A stretch of 64,000 nucleotides of DNA from Ignavibacteriales bacterium (GTDB lineage Bacteria > Bacteroidota > Ignavibacteria > UBA10030 > UBA6906). Shown here in pieces: positions 1 through 8,855 of this stretch. Location of the stretch: contig JBBIRR010000015.1 of NCBI GenBank assembly GCA_037441705.1, forward strand, positions 1 to 64,000, in the 5' to 3' direction. Numbering within the stretch: position 1 is the first letter of the stretch; the number at the start of each line of letters is the position of its first letter. The notes below the pieces were generated by a model. That model saw only the letters and a program-made list of their open reading frames with translations, was not told where the DNA came from and ran no database searches. The translations under genes and the position numbers were made by a program.

Positions 1-24
1 TAATCTTAAACTAATGGCTAGTTG

Positions 25-950
25 TTAGGGATTGGGGCTGGTGATAATAATAGGCGGCAGGTTGTTAAGCTGGATATCCACCCAGCCTGTGAGCTGATTG
101 CCGGCATTATCCTTAACTACCTCCATAGGAATTTTCCAGTCGCCGTTGTTATTTCTACTAGTCTTAAGCCACACGCTAATGCCTTGACTGGTAGCAGTGC
201 TTAAGCATTGGCCTTTGGCATCATACTGGAAATACTCACGATGGCACCAATATATGCTGTTGTCTGTGTCTCTAGTCCTTAGGCTGACTTGCTGCGGCGT
301 ATTTACTATTAAGCCACTAGCATCGCTAAGCTTAACCTGCATAGTTGGGAAGTTACTGTTGGTAAATCCCACGGCTGTACAAGGATATCCTGCAAGACAG
401 CCGGTAATATGCGCAGGGTCTGGACGGATAGGATTATCCTCGCAAGGCACCAGCTCGCCGCCAGCAGCCAAACAGGTGGCAGTGTAATTGCGGGTGGTTG
501 TTTTATTGGTAAGAATTTGCACATCCACAGCGGGCGGCACAACATCCTTGACAGCGTTAAGGGCGTAGTTGTTAAAGTTGCCAGCCATATCAACAATAAT
601 CGCCTGACCGGTAATAGGACCGTCGTCAAAAGACGAGAGATCAAAGGTCATTGGCAACCAGCGCCCGTCATCCAAACACACGGCGCTATCTGCCAGCAGA
701 TCATCGGCTCCGCTGCCCACCAATTCCACATAAACCGTTAAGGTGTTGGGCCAGTTGTCGGCGCAAGTGCCAGACAGGGTAACGGACGATTGATTGGCCT
801 GATTAACGTAATACTTGCCGGTGCCGGCGTTGAAATAGCCAAAGCCGCTGAGATCAAGGGTAAGGGTTGGTCGCACAGTATCGATATCCCAAGCTTGGAT
901 GGTTTTAACCGGGTTAATGTTGCCGGCGCCGTCTTGAGATGTTAGCTCCA
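25..950 (-). pseudogene. 5'-truncated (headless) Ig-like-repeat, Cys-rich surface protein fragment, apparently foreign to the rest of the window
   Basis: Repeated Big-domain-style 'D.AGN' motifs (QDGAGN, DMAGN, DNAGN) and 'DTVRPTLT'/'DVVPPAV' linkers. The listed ORF's first ~41 aa (951-1074) read through a terminator and promoter and are not credible. Base and codon style looks less GC-rich than the neighbouring gene. Confidence 0.55.
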
Positions 951-958
951 CGTGGCGT

Positions 959-987
959 ATTTTAAGACGAGTGAAAAATATTTGCAA
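959..987 (-). promoter_or_regulatory. sigma70-type promoter
   Basis: Minus strand TTGCAA (987-982), 17-bp spacer, TAAAAT (964-959), followed by GC-rich 'acgcc'. Confidence 0.6.
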
Positions 988-997
988 CAGATTTTTT

Positions 998-1035
998 AAA
1001 AAAAGTGTGAAAGGGATTGGCTTCCTTTCACACTT
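998..1035 (-). terminator. Intrinsic terminator of the T9SS cargo gene
   Basis: 12-bp perfect inverted repeat aagtgtgaaagg (1003-1014) / cctttcacactt (1024-1035), followed on the minus strand by a T run. A second hairpin, tgatgagcc/ggctcatca (1052-1073), overlaps the stop codon. Confidence 0.75.
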
Positions 1036-1070
1036 GCTACGATTGTTCCTTTGATGAGCCTTGCGGCTCA

Positions 1071-4000
1071 TCACCTCACCACCACCAGTTTTCTGGTGGC
1101 GCTGAATGAGCCTGCTTGCAGGCGATAGAAGTACACACCGCTGGCAAGATGACCTGCATCGAAATGCACGGACTTGAATCCCGCATCCTGCATTCCATCA
1201 ACAAGCGTGGCCACTTCGCGGCCCAGCAGATCATACACCTTCAGACTCACGAATCCCGACACCGGTAGCCCGAACCTGATAGTTGTGGACGGGTTGAACG
1301 GATTAGGATAGTTCTGGCTGAGCGAGAACTCGGTCGGGAGTCCTTCTCCTTCTTCTGCGCTCGAAGGCTGATCCGTGAGGAATGCACGCACGATGAGGTC
1401 CGCCGTGGGCATCGTTTGCCAGCCCGAGGATGTCGTGAAGTACCTGCTGCGCTGATCGATCGGCGGAGTCAGGTCGCCGCCGATGCCCGGCGCGCCCGGA
1501 CTCGTCGGCAAGTAGCTCAGCACGACATGGAAGTCGCCGCCGGTAATCGTCGGCGGATCATTTGCCGGAAGTGTTACGATGAAGCTGTCCACGCCGCTCG
1601 ACTGGTACGTAACCGCGGTGTAGGGTCCCGCTAACATCTCGCCCGGAAATCCCAGGCTATCGCCGTGAATCGAAACGAGAATCGGACTGTTGCCGTTGTT
1701 GGTAAACGCCTTCACACGATACACGCGCGTCGGATACTCCAGCGGCGTGAAGCGAATGCCGAACTTGTTGTTGTTATAGGTGAAGTCCACAACGTAGAAC
1801 ACCTCCGGAACACCGTCGTCGTAGCGGAACTCGGTGAGCTGCGGATCGCTCACCGCAAAGTTGCCGACCGAGGGCGAGTAGGGTCCGAAGTAGTTCTGAG
1901 CTGAAACGGTGATGTACCCGCGCAGTTTGTATTCGTACCACCCTCTGGCAATGACGTTCGAATCGGTGAACGCTTGCACGCCGCGCGGAAACTCGCGCCA
2001 CAGCACGCCGTTGCGATACAACTGCAGCGTTACGGGAACGGTCAGCGGGTCGCCGTTCAAGCCTTCTGCAGGGTCGGTCCACGTGACGCGCAAGAAGCTT
2101 CCCTGCTTTGCGACGGTGATGTTGGTTGGTGCCTTCGGCGGTGCAAGAAGATTGATGGGAATCCTGATGTCGCCGAAGCCCGACGGCGTGAAGACGCTGA
2201 CCATCGTCTGCGGCCACCAGCCGTGGAAGATCGCCGTACCCGCCTGTCGGCTGATCATGAACAATCCCGCTCCCACTTTCTTGCTCGGTCCATACACCTG
2301 AAGGTGATTCTTGTCGAAGAAGCTGATGGGGATGCTCACTTCACCCGTCACGTATCCTGCGGATGACGAAAACGCCGTCTCGGCGTCGCGTACGGTATCC
2401 ACCACCGAATTGACGCCGCCGCCGGTGTAGATTTCTCTGAAGCGAACGGTCGAACCCGCAGAAAAGTAGTACGCCCAGTAGTTGCCCTCGCGCAGAAGCG
2501 GCTCGGTCCCGACAGGCTCGAAGCGATTGTTGTTGTTGTCATCGAAATACAAACCGAATCCTTCCGCCTCCTGCAACCCGTCGGTGTTCAGGCGATCCTC
2601 GCCTGCGATGTAAAGTCTGCCGGCAACGCTATCGTACTTGAAATACATGAACACGCTGCCGCGCGGAAGCGACACACCGCCGCCGTAGCCAAAAACATCC
2701 GACACATCGACGCGCAGCGCATCTGTCCACTCGCCCGGACTCAGCACGCCGTCGATGCTGGGAAGAACGACACGGTGTGGTGCGGTGATATCGAATTGTA
2801 AGAACGAGCTGTCAACCGTTCCCCACGCCTCGTTCGAGTACACACTCTCGCCCTGACCGTAGATCGCCGTGATGACGTAATAATAATCCTTCAACGGAAT
2901 AGCTGTGCTGTCGGTGTATGATGAAAGCGAACCGGCGATCGTTCGCTTCAAGTAGTACGGTCCGCCGGAACGTACTGCGCGGTAGATGCGGATGCTATCA
3001 GGAACGAGGGCTGGCGACGAGAATGGAGTTGGGAGCGGCAACAGGCGCGTCGCTCCGGTCGGCCGCACGGCGACAGCATCCGTCACGTGATATTCATCGG
3101 TCGCAAGAAGCTTCTCTTGCTGTCGTGTGGGCGGCTCGGGCGGAACCATCCACGTGAGCTGGATGCGTGACTCCAATCCATGCGAGGCGACGAGGTTGGT
3201 CGGCGGGGCGCCCGTAGGAGCAAGCGTAGCATTGACGTTGCGCGTCGTGTCGGTGCCCGTCACGACAACACCGGTCACGGTTGTTGCCACGTAGCCGCGT
3301 TTGGAGAATCGCACGGTGTAGGTACCCGGGGGAACGTTCGGCACAACATACCGACCGAGCGAGTCAGTCAGCGCTTGCCGCAGTGTGCCCACCACCTGCA
3401 CCAGCACACCGCCATGTGCAGGCGGCGCGCTCACCGTGCCGGCTATCGCCCCTCCGCCCAAATCAACGCCGATGTTGTACACGTTGCCGCCGTTGCCGAA
3501 CTGTCGCGCATGCACCGCCTTCCCGCCTGCAACCACGCTCCGACCGTCGGCGGAGATTGCGACGGAGAACATCGAGCCGGGTGTGTTGACCGTAAAGACG
3601 GGAGTGTTCGAGTTGCGTTCGAAGATGTACACATCGGGCAGAGCGTTGCCGAGATCGCCCCACGTTACCGCCGCGCCGAACGAGCCGTCATCCGAGAGCG
3701 CAACCTGTGCCACCTCGTCGCCGACGTTGGGCAGCACCCAGTTCGGCGTACCTTCACCGAACGTGTCGAACATGTAGATCGAGCCGTCATAACCCGCGCT
3801 CAAAAAGATGAGCGAGCCGGCCATGATCGTCGAGCCGTCGGCGGAAACATCCACCGCACTTGCCCAGTTGGTGAATGTGCCGGCAGGGACTTTGTACTGC
3901 CACAGCAGAGTGTATCGGTTTTGCGAAGCGTTCCAGACATGCGCCTTGATGAATCCGCTGAGTTCGGCAATGGCCATCACTGAGGCATCGCGGCTCAGAG

Positions 4001-4811
4001 CGATGCGCGACTCGGTGTTGGCGATCTCGAATTCCGTGCGCAGCGTACCGTTGTTGGCGTTCAGAATCCAGCCGTAGAACTTGCCGTTCACCGCCACCGT
4101 GGATTTGTCCGGACTGAGGTTGATGCCGTAGATGCCCGTGCTCTGTGCATCGCTGAAGTCGAACGTCCAGACGGGAGTTGGTGATGGCGGAGCAAACGCG
4201 TACACGCGATGCATGCCGCCCGAAAGGGGAGAGGCAGTTGCACACACCAACAATGTTCCATCGCGTGAAACGGCAATCGGTCCGGCACGCCGTCCATCGG
4301 GAATGGGGAAGTCGAACGTGATGTTGCCGGTGTTCTTGTCGAAGAGGAAAATGTTCTGATACGACGCGGAAGCAACGATGTTGGCATCAGCCGAGAGAGC
4401 AACGTACACACGATACGCGTTCGGATCGGCGGGTTGTTCCCACAGCGGCACGGGACTGATGTCGTTGTGGAACGATGCCCGCGGTTCGTTCAGGTACCAC
4501 CCGATGAACGGATTGCCGCCGTTGGTGTTGACCGTGACGTCCTGGGCGATGGAAGTGGCATGCGTGCTCGTCCATTTGATGATGGATTGAACACGAGCAG
4601 AGTGAGGGATGGGCGCGCTGCGTTCCTGCTCCAATCTCCTTGGCGCCGTCGTGAGAAGCGCGTTCGCCGGTGTTGTTTCCAGCCGTTCGAGCCGCACGCC
4701 GTCACTGACCTTCGATGTCGTTCGCGTTCCGACAGACTTGTCTTTTTCAGATGCGGAAACGGATGTTCCCAACGTTGCCACCATCAACACGAGAATGAGG
4801 AAGAGATGCAT
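1071..4811 (-). CDS. Secreted multidomain T9SS type A sorting-domain protein (beta-propeller, carboxypeptidase-regulatory-like, FN3, CBM9/DOMON-like, CTD)
   Basis: Signal peptide; repeated 'VAISADG/VALSDDG' propeller blades; 'TDSLGRYVVPNVPPGTYTV'; FN3 'PPTNLVA...YYYVITA'; 'PSIDGVLSPGEW'; C-terminal 'FSLSQNYPNPFNPSTTIRF...YFYRL...RKLVVVR'. Confidence 0.85.
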   Translation of the reverse strand: MHLFLILVLMVATLGTSVSASEKDKSVGTRTTSKVSDGVRLERLETTPANALLTTAPRRLEQERSAPIPHSARVQSIIKWTSTHATSIAQDVTVNTNGGNPFIGWYLNEPRASFHNDISPVPLWEQPADPNAYRVYVALSADANIVASASYQNIFLFDKNTGNITFDFPIPDGRRAGPIAVSRDGTLLVCATASPLSGGMHRVYAFAPPSPTPVWTFDFSDAQSTGIYGINLSPDKSTVAVNGKFYGWILNANNGTLRTEFEIANTESRIALSRDASVMAIAELSGFIKAHVWNASQNRYTLLWQYKVPAGTFTNWASAVDVSADGSTIMAGSLIFLSAGYDGSIYMFDTFGEGTPNWVLPNVGDEVAQVALSDDGSFGAAVTWGDLGNALPDVYIFERNSNTPVFTVNTPGSMFSVAISADGRSVVAGGKAVHARQFGNGGNVYNIGVDLGGGAIAGTVSAPPAHGGVLVQVVGTLRQALTDSLGRYVVPNVPPGTYTVRFSKRGYVATTVTGVVVTGTDTTRNVNATLAPTGAPPTNLVASHGLESRIQLTWMVPPEPPTRQQEKLLATDEYHVTDAVAVRPTGATRLLPLPTPFSSPALVPDSIRIYRAVRSGGPYYLKRTIAGSLSSYTDSTAIPLKDYYYVITAIYGQGESVYSNEAWGTVDSSFLQFDITAPHRVVLPSIDGVLSPGEWTDALRVDVSDVFGYGGGVSLPRGSVFMYFKYDSVAGRLYIAGEDRLNTDGLQEAEGFGLYFDDNNNNRFEPVGTEPLLREGNYWAYYFSAGSTVRFREIYTGGGVNSVVDTVRDAETAFSSSAGYVTGEVSIPISFFDKNHLQVYGPSKKVGAGLFMISRQAGTAIFHGWWPQTMVSVFTPSGFGDIRIPINLLAPPKAPTNITVAKQGSFLRVTWTDPAEGLNGDPLTVPVTLQLYRNGVLWREFPRGVQAFTDSNVIARGWYEYKLRGYITVSAQNYFGPYSPSVGNFAVSDPQLTEFRYDDGVPEVFYVVDFTYNNNKFGIRFTPLEYPTRVYRVKAFTNNGNSPILVSIHGDSLGFPGEMLAGPYTAVTYQSSGVDSFIVTLPANDPPTITGGDFHVVLSYLPTSPGAPGIGGDLTPPIDQRSRYFTTSSGWQTMPTADLIVRAFLTDQPSSAEEGEGLPTEFSLSQNYPNPFNPSTTIRFGLPVSGFVSLKVYDLLGREVATLVDGMQDAGFKSVHFDAGHLASGVYFYRLQAGSFSATRKLVVVR

Positions 4812-4966
4812 GAGGGGACTCCTTTCAGATTGATGTGTGATTGAACTGCAAGGGCTCGCATCGTGCGAGAAATTGCGGAGAAAGGAACTCTGTTCCGAAG
4901 GAATATCGAAATGAAGTTCGGGAAATGCAACTGGCCGATCCCGAACGCTGTGCGAGGTTCGGGGTT

Positions 4967-5059
4967 TGAGGGTTGATGTTCAGATGCGGGATGCAGGATG
5001 CAGGATGCAGGTCGATTCTCGTTCTGGATTCTTCGCTCGCTGCGCTCGCTCAGAATGAC
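4967..5059. repeat. ~90-bp direct repeat, copy 1; contains GATGCAG heptamers and a REP-like GTCATTCTGA...CGAAGAATCC unit on the minus strand
   Basis: Shares tgagggttgatgttcagatgc, gattctcgttctg.attcttcgc and gctcagaatgac with 5525-5613. Confidence 0.85.
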
Positions 5060-5078
5060 GCCGCAGGATCTGCGCCCG

Positions 5079-5264
5079 CCAAAATCGTCGTGCGGGTGCG
5101 GTGGGAAGATTCAATCGAAGGGGTTACGTTTCGGTGAAGCTGTACATCGCGTTCGGACCGCTGCGTCCTCTCCCACCGAAACGTACGGCACGCGGGTGGC
5201 GATTGAATCGTGCGTTACGATTTTGGATGTTCTCTTGGTTACTTCTCTTCCAAAGAGAAGTAAC
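5079..5264. ncRNA. Putative structured RNA or ssDNA element (nested stems plus terminal hairpin), family unknown
   Basis: Perfect nested inverted repeats 5079-5088/5217-5226, 5108-5117/5200-5209 and 5125-5136/5174-5185, then a 12-bp hairpin at 5238-5249/5253-5264. Confidence 0.5.
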
Positions 5265-5345
5265 AACAAGTAAAGCGTTGGGAGTGGACGCAAACATTCA
5301 GCATTCTTCAGATCGGGAGCCGTGTCTACTCGATTGCGCGGAACA

Positions 5346-5398
5346 CCCTTCGACTTCCGTCCCGCCTGAAGAGCGGCGGGAGTGCGCTCAAGGTGACA
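5346..5398 (-). repeat. REP-like TGTCACC.TGAGC...AGTCGAAGGG hairpin unit
   Basis: cccttcgact...gctcaaggtgaca enclosing an internal hairpin tcccgcc/ggcggga. Confidence 0.55.
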
Positions 5399-5524
5399 CA
5401 GCGCCCGGACGTCACGGCTTATGTGCCCTGCACCCCGTGCCGTGAAGGGAGGGCGGTAACGTGAGCTTATGGAGGTGTGCGCGACCATGTTTAATCGCGG
5501 ATGCGCGGTTCGACCTTCAGGGTC

Positions 5525-5613
5525 TGAGGGTTGATGTTCAGATGCAGCATGAAGAATGCAGGATGATTCTCGTTCTGCATTCTTCGCCTCCGAAAAGCGA
5601 GGCTCAGAATGAC
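5525..5613. repeat. ~90-bp direct repeat, copy 2
   Basis: Aligns by eye to 4967-5059. The internal hairpin differs (gcctc...gaggc). Confidence 0.85.
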
Positions 5614-5753
5614 ACGAGCCGTGGCCGGCGGCGACATCATACTCTTGTCTCTTGAATCTCTTCTCTTTTAGAAGTATTCTCTATTTGGATTCATGGTTCG
5701 TTGCTTCTACTATCCATTCATTCAGCAATCCATCACTCATTCAACAATCCGTT

Positions 5754-6650
5754 ATGACAACGTCTTGGTCCGGTATCTTTCCTGCGCTTACGACAAAATT
5801 CACCGAAGAAGGCAAGCTCGATTTCGCCGCGATGGAGCGGCACTTCAATTTTCAGATCGAGTCCGGCGTGCACGGACTTATCGTTCTCGGCTCGTTGGGC
5901 GAAAACCTCGCCCTCACGCCTATCGAGAAGCAAGAAGTACTGAAGCTCGCGCTGAGCGTGAGCGGCGGAAGGGTGCCCGTACTCTCCGGTGTTGCCGAGA
6001 CCTCGACTGCGATGGCATGCAACTTTGTGCAGCAGGCGCAGGCAAACGGCGTGAATGGTTTCATGCTCATGCCCGCGATGGTCTACCCCGCCGACCGTCG
6101 GGAAACGCTCGCCTATTATCGCAGCGTCGCGCAGGCAACGGATCTCCCGATTATGATCTATAATAATCCGGTCTCGTACAAAGTTGACATCACACCGGAC
6201 ATGTTTGCTGAACTTGCCGATGAGCCGAAGTTTGTGGCGCTGAAAGAATCCTCCGAGAACATCCGCCGCATTACCGACATCATCAATCTTGTAGGCAAGC
6301 GCTATAAGATTTTTGTTGGGGTAGATGATCTCGCGCTGGAAAGTCTGTTGCTGGGCGCCGACGGTTGGGTGGCAGGACTGGTGTGCGCTTTCCCCCGAGA
6401 GACCGTCGCATTGTACAACCTCGCGAAGTCGGGAAAGCTTGACGAAGCTATAGCGCTTTATCGTTGGTTCATGCCGCTCTTGCACCTCGATGTGTCGCCG
6501 AAGTTCGTCCAGTACATCAAACTTGCCGAAACGCTTGCCGGCGTAGGAACCGAACACGTCCGGCCGCCCCGGCTGCCGTTGATCGGCGAAGAAAGAAGTC
6601 GTGTAGAACAGATTATTCTCAAAGCATTGCAAGCACGACCCCAATGCTGA
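5754..6650 (+). CDS. DHDPS/NAL-family protein, likely Delta1-pyrroline-4-hydroxy-2-carboxylate deaminase
   Basis: 'GSLGE', 'IYNNP' and Schiff-base 'ALKESS'; clustered with the Hyp epimerase. Start taken at ATG 5754. Confidence 0.8.
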   Translation: MTTSWSGIFPALTTKFTEEGKLDFAAMERHFNFQIESGVHGLIVLGSLGENLALTPIEKQEVLKLALSVSGGRVPVLSGVAETSTAMACNFVQQAQANGVNGFMLMPAMVYPADRRETLAYYRSVAQATDLPIMIYNNPVSYKVDITPDMFAELADEPKFVALKESSENIRRITDIINLVGKRYKIFVGVDDLALESLLLGADGWVAGLVCAFPRETVALYNLAKSGKLDEAIALYRWFMPLLHLDVSPKFVQYIKLAETLAGVGTEHVRPPRLPLIGEERSRVEQIILKALQARPQC

Positions 6651-6705
6651 ATCCACAATCATCCAGCCTCCTGAATCGAGAATCCAGAATCCCGAACGCT
6701 CAACC

Positions 6706-8142
6706 ATGAATCAGTTTTCCAACTTCATCAACGGCGCGTGGGTTGCATCATCCCACACATCGAAGAACATCAACCCATCCGACATCAGCGACATCGTGGG
6801 TGAGTACGCACAGGCGGATGCGGCTCAGGTAAACGAGGCCGTTGCGGCGGCAAAGGCTGCGCAGCCGATCTGGGCGGCGAGTACGCGGCAACAGCGCTTC
6901 GATGTGCTCGATTTTGTCGGTTCCGAAATTCTTGCGCGAAAAGAAGAATTGGGGAGATTGCTTTCTCGGGAAGAGGGAAAGACCCTGCCCGAAGGGATTG
7001 CCGAGGTTACCCGCGCAGGAAACATCTTCAAGTTTTTTGCGGGCGAAGCACTGCGGGTTGGAGGTGAGCATCTCAACTCCGTTCGTCCGGGAATCGAGAT
7101 TGACACATGGCGCGAGCCGCTTGGTGTGGTGGGCCTCATCACGCCATGGAATTTCCCGGTCGCAATTCCCGCGTGGAAGGTTGCTCCGGCGCTTGCCTTC
7201 GGCAACGCCGTGGTGTTGAAACCTGCCGAGTTAGCGCCGGCCTGTTCGTGGACTCTTGCCGAGATCATTTCTCGCTCGGGCTTACCCAAAGGCGTATTCA
7301 ACTTAGTGATGGGAAAAGGAAGCGTCGTCGGCAACGCCATCGTTCAGCATCCCGACATCGCAGGCGTGAGCTTCACCGGGTCGGTGGAAGTCGGGCGAAC
7401 GCTTGCGCCGGCGCTTGCCCGGCGGCTTGCTCGCGTGCAGCTCGAGATGGGCGGCAAGAATCCGCTGGTTGTCTTAGATGATGCCGACCTGAATGTTGCG
7501 GTGAATGCGGCGATCAACGGCGCGTTCTTCTCCACCGGCCAGCGCTGCACCGCATCCAGCAGGTTGATTGTGACAGAAGGAATCCACGACCGGTTCGTGC
7601 AGGCGATGGTGGAGCGCATGAAGTCGCTGAAGGTTGATGATGCCCTCACCCCCGGCACCGACATTGGACCCGTGATTGATGAAGCGCAGTTGGAGAAGGA
7701 TCTGCAGTACATCGAGCTGGGCAAGAAGGAAGGCGGCAAGCTCCTCTTTGGCGGCGAGCGCCTCACACGCGCAAAGAATGGTTACTATCTTGCGCCCGCT
7801 CTCTTCGTCGAAACGACCAACACGATGCGGCTGAATTGCGAGGAAGCGTTCGGCCCGATCGCGGGCGTCATCCGCGTCAAGGATTACGACGAAGCGCTTG
7901 CCGTAGCTAACGATACGGAGTTCGGACTGTGTGCGGGAATCTGCACGACGTCGCTGAAGCATGCGTCGCATTTCAAACGCAACGCGCAGGCGGGCATGGT
8001 GATGGTGAATCTCCCGACTGCCGGCGTCGACTACCATGTGCCGTTCGGCGGCCGGAAAGGCTCCAGCTACGGCACGCGCGAGCAAGGCGCGTACGCGAAA
8101 GAGTTCTACACGGTGGTGAAGACGTGTTATGTGGCGGGGTGA
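6706..8142 (+). CDS. Aldehyde dehydrogenase, likely alpha-ketoglutaric semialdehyde dehydrogenase
   Basis: 'ITPWNFP', 'FTGS', 'LEMGGKNP', catalytic 'GQRCTA', 'PFGGRKGSSYG'; Hyp cluster context. Confidence 0.85.
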   Translation: MNQFSNFINGAWVASSHTSKNINPSDISDIVGEYAQADAAQVNEAVAAAKAAQPIWAASTRQQRFDVLDFVGSEILARKEELGRLLSREEGKTLPEGIAEVTRAGNIFKFFAGEALRVGGEHLNSVRPGIEIDTWREPLGVVGLITPWNFPVAIPAWKVAPALAFGNAVVLKPAELAPACSWTLAEIISRSGLPKGVFNLVMGKGSVVGNAIVQHPDIAGVSFTGSVEVGRTLAPALARRLARVQLEMGGKNPLVVLDDADLNVAVNAAINGAFFSTGQRCTASSRLIVTEGIHDRFVQAMVERMKSLKVDDALTPGTDIGPVIDEAQLEKDLQYIELGKKEGGKLLFGGERLTRAKNGYYLAPALFVETTNTMRLNCEEAFGPIAGVIRVKDYDEALAVANDTEFGLCAGICTTSLKHASHFKRNAQAGMVMVNLPTAGVDYHVPFGGRKGSSYGTREQGAYAKEFYTVVKTCYVAG

Positions 8143-8182
8143 ACCTGTTGATTCACGAATTATCGTGCATGTTTGTTTTTTG

Positions 8183-8835
8183 AAGGATGATTCATCATCC
8201 TTTGTTTGACCAGCGTGATGGTTTACCGTCATGCGAGAGAACAACCGCAGTTCGATGGGGGATCACACCACAACAAACGGAGGGTGACCATGGGACAGGT
8301 GTATTACAAATTGTTTTATCATGCAGTCTGGCGAACGAAGCATAATCTGCCCGTCATTACCCCGGCGATAGAAAACGTGTTGTATCCTTTCCTTGGGAAC
8401 AAAGCGAAACGGTTCGGTTGTTTTCTGCACGGCATGGGAGGAACCGATGATCATGTGCACATTGCCATCGAAATTCTCCCCGCGGAATCGGTGAGTGATA
8501 TTCTTGGCAAACTGAAAGGCAGCAGTTCGTATTTTCTGAACGAGGAACTGCAGATCACCAAGGACTTTCGTTGGCAGGACGGGTTTGGCGTGTTGTCGTT
8601 TGCTGAACGGGATTTGCCTCGCGTTCTCCGGTATATTCACCGACAGAAAGAGCATCATCAGAATAACACGTTGAATGATGCCATGGAACGGGTGGAGGAT
8701 GAACGCGAGCCATCACGGGCCATCGTGAACGATGACCCCGGGCAAAAGAATCATCCTGAAGGATGATGGTGCCGTTACAGTTTCAGGATGGTTCACCATC
8801 TTTTTTCGAAACAGGATGACGGTTCACCGTCATCC
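8183..8835 (+). mobile_element. IS200-like / REP-associated Y1 transposase locus (REPtron-like) with flanking hairpins
   Basis: tnpA flanked by related hairpins with TTCA/TGAA-type loops at 8183-8202, 8213-8234, 8721-8734, 8751-8766, 8787-8800 and 8814-8835. Confidence 0.75.
8290..8766 (+). CDS. tnpA: IS200/IS605-family (Y1 HUH) transposase
   Basis: 'LFYHAVWRTK', HUH 'DHVH', 'KGSSS', 'WQDGFG' and catalytic 'YIHRQ' (YxxxQ). Confidence 0.9.
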   Translation: MGQVYYKLFYHAVWRTKHNLPVITPAIENVLYPFLGNKAKRFGCFLHGMGGTDDHVHIAIEILPAESVSDILGKLKGSSSYFLNEELQITKDFRWQDGFGVLSFAERDLPRVLRYIHRQKEHHQNNTLNDAMERVEDEREPSRAIVNDDPGQKNHPEG

Positions 8836-8855
8836 GGAAATATGCGAAGCAAGAT

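Noticed and set aside
951-1074. N-terminal 41 aa of the listed 349-aa ORF
   Set aside because: It runs through two hairpins, a T-tract and a promoter; this is a fortuitous open frame.
4967-5613. CRISPR array interpretation of the direct repeats
   Set aside because: Only two long diverged copies 465 bp apart, no regular repeat-spacer period, and no cas genes in the window.
4998-5655. Short ORFs (64-125 aa) within the repeat-rich intergenic region
   Set aside because: No recognisable motifs or RBS; they overlap palindromic repeats on both strands.
8767-8855. tnpB or omega-RNA partner of tnpA
   Set aside because: Only 89 bp separate tnpA from the epimerase; there is no RuvC ORF.
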